Below are positions 27,619 to 35,119 of a DNA stretch of 42,905 nucleotides, one piece after another; the first letter of the stretch is position 1; each line of letters starts with the position of its first letter. The stretch covers positions 1 through 42,905 of the forward strand of contig JAQWPY010000087.1 in NCBI GenBank assembly GCA_029245145.1, given 5' to 3'. The DNA comes from Pirellulales bacterium. GTDB taxonomy: Bacteria; Planctomycetota; Planctomycetia; Pirellulales; UBA7805. The position numbers and the translations under genes were made by a program. The notes beneath the pieces were generated by a model that saw nothing but the letters and a program-made list of their open reading frames with translations, was not told the origin of the DNA and did not search any database.

Positions 27619-28896
27619 TCATTCCCTCATTGTACGGTAAAGATCGAGATTCGCATCGCCACGAATGGAGGCAAAGACCTGTCGCACTTGCTCAAGCCCC
27701 ATAGAGATTAAAAAGCGGGAATCCCGCCCATAGCTTTTGTTTCCGATGAGAAAGTAATTTGGCTCTGAAGTGACGAGCAGGTTTCCGGCCGGCACCTCCT
27801 GACCGAGACAATCGGTCGCATTTTGCTCCACCAGATGCATGGCCAACTTCATGGGCGCTTCGCTCACGTGGCAAAGCTGCACCTGCAACTCGGAAAAAAG
27901 AGAGCAATCGGGACGAAAGCCCACGTGAGCCAGAATTGAATCGCAGGTGACCTCGTGGTTTAACTCATCCGACGCTTCTTGCATGTTAAGCAGCTCTACT
28001 TCAAATGCTCCTGAGCCGCGGAGGCGACGCACCGTCTCCACTGTCCGGTGCGGCAAATAGGTAACAACTGCATCCGATCCCATTGCCAGACGGTTTGCCC
28101 GATCGGTCAAGTGGACGCGATCCTGTAGTGGATCCCCCGGGATCTCAAAGAGAGGGGCCCCCTCTTTACCGCGCGGCCTGCGGACCACCCACGAAATGCG
28201 CGTCTCTGGAACCGACTCGGCCAAGGCGGCAAGCGCAACGACGGACGTGGCCGCCGAACAGCCTCCGCCAACGACCAAAGCGTGTCGACCGGCAAAACGG
28301 CAACTACGATCTTTGCCGATCGATGGAAGTTGGTAATCGATGTCGCCGGCAAGTTGACGCTCCCCCCGTGCCGGTACGCCTCCCCTGCCGAGGTAACAAT
28401 GCTGCGAGTAAACCCCCGTTGCATCGATAATCACATCTGCTGTGGCTACCGATTCCTTACCCGTCGAATCGCAAAGCAGTAATCGGAAGGCGGCATCTTT
28501 CCGATCGATCCCGCAGCCATGGTCGCTTTTCGAAAGATTGGCACGACCGATCGAAAGCACTCGAGTCTGCTCATGAACAACCCCGGTGAGTAAATCGGTC
28601 TTTACAAGGGGAAGAAGGAGGCGTTGCAGATACTCTTGCCCGGTGAGCAGCGCCGCATCCTCGGGGGCTTGCCACGCGGCATCCTGAGCCCGAAGGGCGG
28701 CAACCGCCAGTGGGGAGCGATTCATCGCGAAGGGGGTAAACAATTTTACATGCCCCCACTGCTCTACATGATGCCCCACCCTCGCCTGCTCATAAAGCTT
28801 GACATCGTGGCCGAGAAACCGGCCATAGAGGGCCGCCTCGATCCCGATCGGTCCTGCCCCCAAGACGGCAATCGACGGCAACGAGGTTTCCATCAT
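27619..28896 (-). CDS. FAD/NAD(P)-binding oxidoreductase with two dinucleotide-binding domains
   Basis: 425 aa. N-terminal AVLGAGPIGIEAALYG is a FAD GxGxxG site. A second site, VVGGGCSAATS, lies mid-protein. Confidence 0.75.
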   Translation of the reverse strand: MMETSLPSIAVLGAGPIGIEAALYGRFLGHDVKLYEQARVGHHVEQWGHVKLFTPFAMNRSPLAVAALRAQDAAWQAPEDAALLTGQEYLQRLLLPLVKTDLLTGVVHEQTRVLSIGRANLSKSDHGCGIDRKDAAFRLLLCDSTGKESVATADVIIDATGVYSQHCYLGRGGVPARGERQLAGDIDYQLPSIGKDRSCRFAGRHALVVGGGCSAATSVVALAALAESVPETRISWVVRRPRGKEGAPLFEIPGDPLQDRVHLTDRANRLAMGSDAVVTYLPHRTVETVRRLRGSGAFEVELLNMQEASDELNHEVTCDSILAHVGFRPDCSLFSELQVQLCHVSEAPMKLAMHLVEQNATDCLGQEVPAGNLLVTSEPNYFLIGNKSYGRDSRFLISMGLEQVRQVFASIRGDANLDLYRTMRE

Positions 28897-28927
28897 GTTC
28901 TCCCCGGTCCAGCAGAGTGCATCCGCC

Positions 28928-30058
28928 TCACCCTACCGCCGCAGCCGTGCGAGCTATACGAAAGTCGTCGTGGGCAACGGTGGGGGTCTCTCCCTGCATC
29001 AACTCCCGGGCCAGCACGGCGGTCGCCGGCGAGAGAAAGAGTCCCCATCGGTAATGACCTGCCGCGACCCAACCATTGGTGAAACCGGGAACCGCACCGA
29101 TGTAGGGATAGCCATCGGGACTTGCAGGGCGAAATCCGGCCCAGCACCGCTCGACTTCTGCCAACGCAAGCATCGGTACTCTGTTTTGCGCGAATCGAAG
29201 CAACGCACCGATTGCCGAAAGCGTTGTCTTCTTTTCGAATCCCACATCTTCCAAAGTCGACCCCACCAACACGCGTCCATCGGGGCGAGGAACCAGGTAG
29301 TGGCTGCCTTGATGAATGATACGCTCGATTACCAACTGATCGCCCCGCAAAAGTACCATTTGGCCCCGGATCGGTTTCACAGGCAGGGTGAAGCCCAGCA
29401 TTGCGGCCAACGGGGTCGTCCAAGCTCCTGCGGCGAGACAAAAGTGGGCGGCTGAAAAATCGCCAGCCGTCGTCTGCACCGACCTCATCGTTTCACCCCG
29501 GCAATCGAACCCCAACACGTCCGCCCCTTCGGTGATTTGCACCCCTCGTTGCCGGCAAGCTTCCTTCAGTGATCGCAAATAGCGCGGATTGCGGATTTGT
29601 GCCGAATTCGGAGTGTAGTAGACCGCTCCATTCGCAATTTCTTCCTGCGAGACGACGAGATTCGGTTCAATCTGCCCTATGCGGTTGCGATCCATCAACT
29701 CCACCTGGACGCCGCGCGATTCGAGAGCCAGTCGGCCGCGGGAAAGAGGTTCACCGGGAATCTCCTCTTCTTCGAGAAAGAGTTCCCCACAGCGCCGATA
29801 CCCCGTATCGATCCCTGTTTCGTTTCTTAGTTCATCGGCCCACCGCGCATGCAACTCCGCGCTCATCTGAGCGAGTCGTTCATAAGCCCCTGTCGCGGCT
29901 TTGTCGCTCGTTGCCGGCAGAATACCGGCTCCGGCCCACGACGCTTCTTGACCGCATCGATTTTTCTCGACCAACTGAACTTGCCAGTCGTGCCGTGAGA
30001 GTTCATAGGCAATCGAAAGACCGACCGCACCACCACCGATAACCACACAATCATTCAT
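28928..30058 (-). CDS. FAD-dependent oxidoreductase, DAO family (glycine oxidase ThiO-like)
   Basis: 376 aa with N-terminal VVIGGGAVGLSIAYEL followed by EASWAGAGIL. Length and C-terminal pattern match DAO-family amine oxidases. Confidence 0.75.
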   Translation of the reverse strand: MNDCVVIGGGAVGLSIAYELSRHDWQVQLVEKNRCGQEASWAGAGILPATSDKAATGAYERLAQMSAELHARWADELRNETGIDTGYRRCGELFLEEEEIPGEPLSRGRLALESRGVQVELMDRNRIGQIEPNLVVSQEEIANGAVYYTPNSAQIRNPRYLRSLKEACRQRGVQITEGADVLGFDCRGETMRSVQTTAGDFSAAHFCLAAGAWTTPLAAMLGFTLPVKPIRGQMVLLRGDQLVIERIIHQGSHYLVPRPDGRVLVGSTLEDVGFEKKTTLSAIGALLRFAQNRVPMLALAEVERCWAGFRPASPDGYPYIGAVPGFTNGWVAAGHYRWGLFLSPATAVLARELMQGETPTVAHDDFRIARTAAAVG

Positions 30059-30166
30059 ACGTTCAATCTACTCCCGCCGGATAGACTCGCAAGGTGGCCG
30101 TGATGATTGGGGTGAAAAAGCACGAAAAGCACAACGATCGCGAAGCAGTGGTGAACCTATCCACCA

Positions 30167-30910
30167 CTAGTCTTGCGGGTGGCCGATGAACAAGCCCTTG
30201 CAGATTTCATGAATTTGGCCGTAGAGCCAGTTGAGATTCGCATCCTCCGCATCTTGACCGTCTTTCGAATCATTGCGAATCGAAGCCAATTCATTCATCA
30301 GGCGGGAGAGATCTTTTTCGTGATCGATGTCATACCACGAGGGCAATATTTTGGCAGACCAGTTGAGCGTCGAAATTTTTTCGCGGGTCTGCTCCCAGAC
30401 CAAATCACTTCCCCAACGGATGTTGGTTGTGAGAGGTTCCACAGGCCGGGTGGCGCCGATCAAACAATAGCCACCATCCTCGCTCGGAACGAACGCAAGG
30501 TCGTGATGCTCCAGCGCCCGGAAAGCCGCAGCAACGCTCGCGATGGGTAGACTCGGCGCATCGGCACCTACAAGCACTACCCGCTCGCTCCCCGAAGCAA
30601 ATGCTTCTTGAAAATAGTTTGCAATCCGCTCGCCAAGATCTCCCGAGACTTGCGCCAACAGTTTCCAGCGACCGCCCGATATTTTATCAAAGTCGGCCCG
30701 CGTTTGTTCTGGAGTAAAGCTCAGTACGTGGCGATCAGCCACTGAGGAAAATCGGCACAGAGTCGATTCGAGAAATGCACGATGCAGTTGCGCGGATCTC
30801 TGTTCTCCACAGAAATCTGCCAAACGCGTTTTAACCCGTCCCGGCGACCAGTGCTTGGCAAGGATACCGAATTGCGTCGATTCTTTCGAGCGACTGCCTT
30901 CCGTCATCAA
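30167..30910 (-). CDS. DUF2064-family protein (CofC/MobA-like nucleotidyltransferase fold)
   Basis: 247 aa with the motifs PGRVKTRL, GDLGERI, VGADAPSL, EDGGYCLIG and WYDIDHEKDL. All are characteristic of DUF2064 as I remember it. Confidence 0.8.
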   Translation of the reverse strand: MMTEGSRSKESTQFGILAKHWSPGRVKTRLADFCGEQRSAQLHRAFLESTLCRFSSVADRHVLSFTPEQTRADFDKISGGRWKLLAQVSGDLGERIANYFQEAFASGSERVVLVGADAPSLPIASVAAAFRALEHHDLAFVPSEDGGYCLIGATRPVEPLTTNIRWGSDLVWEQTREKISTLNWSAKILPSWYDIDHEKDLSRLMNELASIRNDSKDGQDAEDANLNWLYGQIHEICKGLFIGHPQD

Positions 30911-30985
30911 TCGTCCTTTGCAATGGCCATACGAGCAACTTCAATCGACAAACCGGCAACCCTGTCCACACGGAAAAAAATAAAA

Positions 30986-31255
30986 TCAGGGGAGCAACCG
31001 CCGAAGCAACCTGCGATCGATGCGACCTCGGAATCGAATTTTTCCATCGATCTCGACGACCGGAACACACTCATCGAATTGAATCTGTAAGCGGGGGTCG
31101 TGATCGATATTGATCTCCTTTGGAACCAAACCATGCTCAGACAAAATATCCTTCGCGTCTTCACAAAGATGACAGCCATCGCGGGTGTACAGCACCACGC
31201 GGGGCAAGGATGACGACTGCCGGAGATGGGAAAAAAGCCAACCGAATAATTTCAC
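30986..31255 (-). CDS. Glutaredoxin-like protein (DUF836-type)
   Basis: 89 aa. VVLYTRDGCHLCEDAKDIL is a CxxC site in a thioredoxin-fold context, and VPVVEIDG is also present. Confidence 0.75.
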   Translation of the reverse strand: MKLFGWLFSHLRQSSSLPRVVLYTRDGCHLCEDAKDILSEHGLVPKEINIDHDPRLQIQFDECVPVVEIDGKIRFRGRIDRRLLRRLLP

Positions 31256-31343
31256 TCAAGCCCTCGACGTAAAGTGCACCAAAGTACTCTCCGCAATGGC
31301 GGTCAAAGCGGGTCACCAAACCAACCCCTACTAATCGTTACTC

Positions 31344-31365
31344 CCGGTAGAAGAACGGTAGAAAA
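31344..31365. repeat. Imperfect 11-bp tandem duplication (CGGTAGAAGAA / CGGTAGAAAAC)
   Basis: Read directly, 9/11 identity. It lies in the divergent intergenic region between the glutaredoxin-like gene and the kinase gene. Confidence 0.7.
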
Positions 31366-31544
31366 CATCTCAAATTGTAACAATCCTTTGAGAGAAAACT
31401 AGAATTCTTCTCGACAACGTGCTAGTCTAATGTCTTCAAAGCAAGCGCAACGCCCCAGTTTGGATTGCACCGCAGTCCGACATAAACCACTTCTCGGGAG
31501 CAAGAGCGGCGGCTGATTTGATTCTCTGTCTCCGCAGGCGTGAC

Positions 31545-33200
31545 ATGGCAACTGTCAGCGTAGAAAAACTGCTCGATTTATTAAAGCGGAGTGGGCTGGT
31601 TGAAAATCCCGATCAGATCACAAAAGCACTCGGTGCGCTCAAGGATGAATCGGGGGGACTCCTGCCGGGAGATTCCAAGGTGGTCGCGAATTTTCTGATC
31701 GAAAAGAAAATGATCACCGTCTGGCAAAGTGAAAAACTCCTTGAAGGGCGCTACAAGGGATTCTTTCTTGGCAAATACAAGTTACTAGGCCACCTCGGCA
31801 CGGGTGGCATGAGCAGCGTTTATTTAGCCGATCACGTACTCATGCAGCGGCGGGTTGCGATCAAAGTTCTACCTAAGGGGAAGGTGGAGGAGTCTTCCTA
31901 CCTGGCGCGCTTCAAAAAGGAAGCACAGGCTGCAGCGAGGTTTGATCATCGCAATATCGTACGGGCATACGACATCGACGAGGACAAAGGCACTCACTAT
32001 CTCGTGATGGAATTTATCGATGGAACTGATTTACAAAAATTGGTGAAAGAGACCGGTCCACTCGAATACGAATTGGCAGCACAATACATTGCCCAGGCAG
32101 CCGAGGGGCTGCAGCATGCCCATGAAGCCGATATCGTACACCGAGACATCAAACCGGCCAATCTATTGGTCGATGAAAGTGGCGTTGTCAAAATCCTCGA
32201 CATGGGGCTCGCGCGGCTTGATGACGGAGACGACGAGCAGGCATCGCTCACGGTAATGCATGACGAGAATGTCTTGGGCACAGCCGATTATTTGTCGCCG
32301 GAACAGGCGGTCAACAGTCATTTGGTGGATGGGCGTGCCGACATCTATAGCCTCGGTTGCACATTTTACTACATTCTCACCGGCCACCCACCCTTCCCCG
32401 AAGGCACGCTACCACAACGCATTCTCGCGCATCAAAACAGCACGCCCGAAAGTATCCGGAAAGATCGGGCCGACGTGCCGCCGGAACTGTTGGTCATTTG
32501 CGAGCAGATGATGGAAAAAAAGGAAGAAGATCGGCAACAGACGGCGGCCGAGGTTGCACAGCAGTTAGGCTCCTGGCTGCAAGGCCTCGGAAGCAATTAT
32601 GCGGGCTCAGACAATCCATCGAGTAGCGGCATGTCAGCTGCCCTGACGGCGACCTCTTCCCGACCGATCGGAGGCAGCGGAGATACAAAAAAATCGAAGC
32701 CCCGAGTGCAAGTCACCCGGCGGAAAGGGCAACCTCAGAAAACGCGGCCCTCCGATACCCTCACCGATGCGACCGGAAACACGGTGGCAGACCCTGCCGC
32801 TTCAGCAAAAATAGCCGAATCGAGTAGAGCCACCAAACCGGTTACGAGGCAAAAGAAACAGCCCCAGTCGGCAACCCCTTCGGGCCAGGGCCCCATTGTC
32901 ATCGATACGGAAGGTCCTGCGAAAACAAAAGGCGAAAGCAAATCGGGGCCGACCGAAAAAAAGAGCGACTCACGGAGTGCAAAAAGAAGGTCCGCAAGCA
33001 ATCCGAGAAAGCAGACGCGTCGCAGATTTCCCGATTGGATCTGGTACGTCATCATCGCTCTGGCCGCCGTGGTGCTGCTGATTCTTGTGGTGATGAAGCT
33101 GACCAGTAGCGGACCAGTAGCGGACCACTCAGCTGACGGTACCGCCACATCTCGATGTGTTCTTTGCTTCGAAACGCGCCGAAGTGACGAACTAGGCTAA
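31545..33200 (+). CDS. Ser/Thr protein kinase, C-terminally membrane-anchored
   Basis: The track ORF starts at 31518; the ATG at 31545 gives MATVSVEKLL. Hanks-type kinase motifs GTGGMSSVY, AIKVL, HRDIKPANLL, DMG and GTADYLSPE. A long Pro/Ser/Lys-rich linker is followed by one TM helix (WIWYVIIALAAVVLLILVVM) near the C-terminus. Confidence 0.9.
   Translation: MATVSVEKLLDLLKRSGLVENPDQITKALGALKDESGGLLPGDSKVVANFLIEKKMITVWQSEKLLEGRYKGFFLGKYKLLGHLGTGGMSSVYLADHVLMQRRVAIKVLPKGKVEESSYLARFKKEAQAAARFDHRNIVRAYDIDEDKGTHYLVMEFIDGTDLQKLVKETGPLEYELAAQYIAQAAEGLQHAHEADIVHRDIKPANLLVDESGVVKILDMGLARLDDGDDEQASLTVMHDENVLGTADYLSPEQAVNSHLVDGRADIYSLGCTFYYILTGHPPFPEGTLPQRILAHQNSTPESIRKDRADVPPELLVICEQMMEKKEEDRQQTAAEVAQQLGSWLQGLGSNYAGSDNPSSSGMSAALTATSSRPIGGSGDTKKSKPRVQVTRRKGQPQKTRPSDTLTDATGNTVADPAASAKIAESSRATKPVTRQKKQPQSATPSGQGPIVIDTEGPAKTKGESKSGPTEKKSDSRSAKRRSASNPRKQTRRRFPDWIWYVIIALAAVVLLILVVMKLTSSGPVADHSADGTATSRCVLCFETRRSDELG
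33101..33128. repeat. Perfect 11-bp tandem duplication plus a partial third unit inside the kinase 3' end
   Basis: GACCAGTAGCG (33101-33111) equals GACCAGTAGCG (33112-33122), followed by GACCAC. The unit length is not a multiple of 3. Confidence 0.92.
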
Positions 33201-33680
33201 CAGAAGCAGGAGCCACCCAACCGTCACAGTTCGGGCCGTCCAACCCAAGGTTCGAATCCAGTTACTCGCGATTAGTCCGCGGATCGCCCGCTCGTCTTTC
33301 CCCTCTTCGAGCCTGCGATGCAGCGGCACCTGGATTACGCCCGTTGAAATCCAAAGAATCAGAACAAGTGCGAAACCGACCCACGCCAACACCGACCCGA
33401 TCCCGGAGAGGGGAATTACGAGTAGCCAAATTGATGAGATCGCTTCAAGCAACATGAGGGGACCGACGACTTTTGTAATGCGACGCATGTGCCCGATTTG
33501 GTAATCGACAAAATTTTCTGCCGCCACATGAATCTGCAGCGGGTAGTTGACCAACTGAATCAACCAGATCACGCCGAACATTGCAAAAGTCACTAGCGAT
33601 TGAAGAAGCAGATTGATCTGGAGCTGCGTTTCGTAAGTCATAAAAATAAGCACCGGTATGCCAATCGCTTGGTGGGGCAA
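33192..33680 (-). CDS. DUF1772-like (anthrone-oxygenase-like) membrane protein
   Basis: 162-aa ORF with four TM helices; ATG 33641 is an alternative start. VQVPLHRRL and NWIRT..WT.R resemble DUF1772. The assignment is by memory only. Confidence 0.5.
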   Translation of the reverse strand: MPHQAIGIPVLIFMTYETQLQINLLLQSLVTFAMFGVIWLIQLVNYPLQIHVAAENFVDYQIGHMRRITKVVGPLMLLEAISSIWLLVIPLSGIGSVLAWVGFALVLILWISTGVIQVPLHRRLEEGKDERAIRGLIASNWIRTLGWTARTVTVGWLLLLLA

Positions 33681-33730
33681 GCTGATCTCGTCTGCCCCGC
33701 GTCATAAATCCTCATCGGAGGGCACGTGTT

Positions 33731-33764
33731 CTTTAGCGTTTCAGCGTCTTTAGCGTTTCAGCGA
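33731..33764. repeat. 17-bp tandem duplication spanning the larE stop codon
   Basis: CTTTAGCGTTTCAGCGT (33731-33747) is followed by CTTTAGCGTTTCAGCGA (33748-33764), 16/17 identical. The larE stop occupies 33750-33752. Confidence 0.9.
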
Positions 33765-34577
33765 TAGAGGCAACACCAAATTCTGACTTCCCGAGCGAAA
33801 CCCTTCCAGATCGAGACAGACGTAGCGAAATCCAATTTTGTGAAATTCCGCGATGAGCCGCTCACGAGTTTCCGGATCACCCAACTCTCCCACTCGATCG
33901 CCGGGAACCTCGACCCGCGCCAGGTCGCCCTTGTGATAGCGAACCCGCACCGTACCGTAACCCGCCTTCCGTAGATATTGCTCGGCTCGATCAATCATCG
34001 CGAGACGATCTTCATTTACCTCTTCCCCGTAGGCAATGCGGCTTGAGAGACAGGGGGTTGCCGGTTTATTCCACACCGGCAATTCCCAATATTTTGCCAA
34101 GCGGCGCACGTCCGCTTTGTGCAGCCCACACTCGGCCAACGGACTGCGTACGTTCCAATCGGCGGCCGCTTCAAGCCCCGGACGATAGTCTTCACAGTCA
34201 TCCAGATTTGCCCCGTTGAGCATCACGTCCGTCCGCCAACGCCCCATATTTTTGTGAATCTCGGCATAAAGCTCGTTTTTACAGTGGTAGCATCGGCGGG
34301 GCGAATTGGCACTGTACTCCGGATTCTCAAGCTCACGGGTCTGCAGGATTTCGTGGCGAATGCCAATTATTTTTGCAACCTGACGGGATGTAGACAACTC
34401 TTCCGCCGCGAGACTTGGGCTCACCGCCGTAACCGCCACCGCGCGATCCTTTAGCGCAAGCTGCGCCGCCTTGGCCACAACCGCACTATCGACCCCACCG
34501 CTGAAAGCGACGGCACAACCATCGAACCCCTTGAGAAGGGAAAGGATCCGATCGACGGTTTCTTCAATCTGCGGCAT
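33750..34577 (-). CDS. larE: ATP-dependent sacrificial sulfur transferase LarE-like (PP-loop ATP pyrophosphatase)
   Basis: 275 aa with the AFSGGVDS PP-loop and the PCLSSR motif that carries the sacrificial Cys in LarE. Overall length matches the family. Confidence 0.8.
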   Translation of the reverse strand: MPQIEETVDRILSLLKGFDGCAVAFSGGVDSAVVAKAAQLALKDRAVAVTAVSPSLAAEELSTSRQVAKIIGIRHEILQTRELENPEYSANSPRRCYHCKNELYAEIHKNMGRWRTDVMLNGANLDDCEDYRPGLEAAADWNVRSPLAECGLHKADVRRLAKYWELPVWNKPATPCLSSRIAYGEEVNEDRLAMIDRAEQYLRKAGYGTVRVRYHKGDLARVEVPGDRVGELGDPETRERLIAEFHKIGFRYVCLDLEGFRSGSQNLVLPLSLKR

Positions 34578-34684
34578 CGGAACGTTGAAAAAGACGGGAC
34601 ATAAGAACTGATCGTCTAAAGAAGCTCGCCATCGACCGATTCATATCGGCGCGCTGCCTTCAGCGTAGAGCGATGAAACCGCAG

Positions 34685-34918
34685 CGACAAGAGGACTGCC
34701 GTCGATCGTATGCTACGGGGCCGTAGGCAAGCTCGTTTGTCTTCAAGGGGGTGCCTTGGGTCCTGGTTTCGTGATCCAAACGTTGACTCCGGAGTTTTAC
34801 ACACCGGACGCTGGCTGTACGGCCCCAAATCCCTTTGCTAAGGCTCCCAACGAGCTGATTTAGCGGCTTACCTCATTAAGCGCCGCAGCACACGATCGAT
34901 GGCAGTCTCGTCTTAGCG
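34685..34918 (-). ncRNA. Candidate structured RNA or long imperfect palindrome: rod-like hairpin with a central bubble (6S-like architecture or MITE-like element)
   Basis: Complementarity counted by hand, from the outside in:
- 34694-34712 vs 34889-34907: 17/19.
- 34713-34721 vs 34880-34888: 7/9.
- 34724-34732 vs 34866-34874: 7/9.
- 34747-34760 vs 34837-34850: 9/14.
- Apical hairpin 34787-34795 vs 34801-34809: 7/9, with a 5-nt loop.
About 26 nt is unpaired on each side (34761-34786 and 34810-34835). Three mismatches become G-U wobbles on the minus strand against one on the plus strand, so the strand call is weak. Confidence 0.3.
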
Positions 34919-34920
34919 GT

Positions 34921-34949
34921 ACTCTAGCACGGCCCAGAATAAACAACAA
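34921..34949 (-). promoter_or_regulatory. Candidate extended -10 promoter directly upstream of the palindromic element
   Basis: Minus strand reads TTGTTG (34949-34944), a 17-nt spacer, then TGC-TAGAGT (-10 at 34926-34921). The predicted start falls in the outer arm of the palindrome. Confidence 0.25.
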
Positions 34950-35119
34950 GCAAATGGCGCAAAATGTCGAACAAAAAACCAGAGCAATTCCGGTGCCACT
35001 CGGAACCTGAATTGCGTCACGGGAAATGGGTCGAGCGATCGTGTGAGGCGACTGCACTTCTTCGTGACGCAAAGGCAAAGATTGGCGGACGCGTAAAGAC
35101 GACTGCCGACCACCAGCGA

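Noticed and set aside
28893-29455. 182-aa (-) and 186-aa (+) ORFs
   Set aside because: Both overlap the DAO/ThiO-like flavoprotein gene, whose frame carries the GxGxxG FAD motif. The alternatives are Arg/Gly/Pro-rich with no motifs.
34578-35119. tmRNA, RNase P RNA or SRP RNA in the long larE-upstream gap
   Set aside because: Neither strand has a GGAAAGTCCGG or ACAGAA..GGCTTA RNase P core. There is no tRNA-like T-arm (GGTTCRANTCC) or a plausible tag ORF for tmRNA. The SRP GGAA-tetraloop domain IV motif is also missing.
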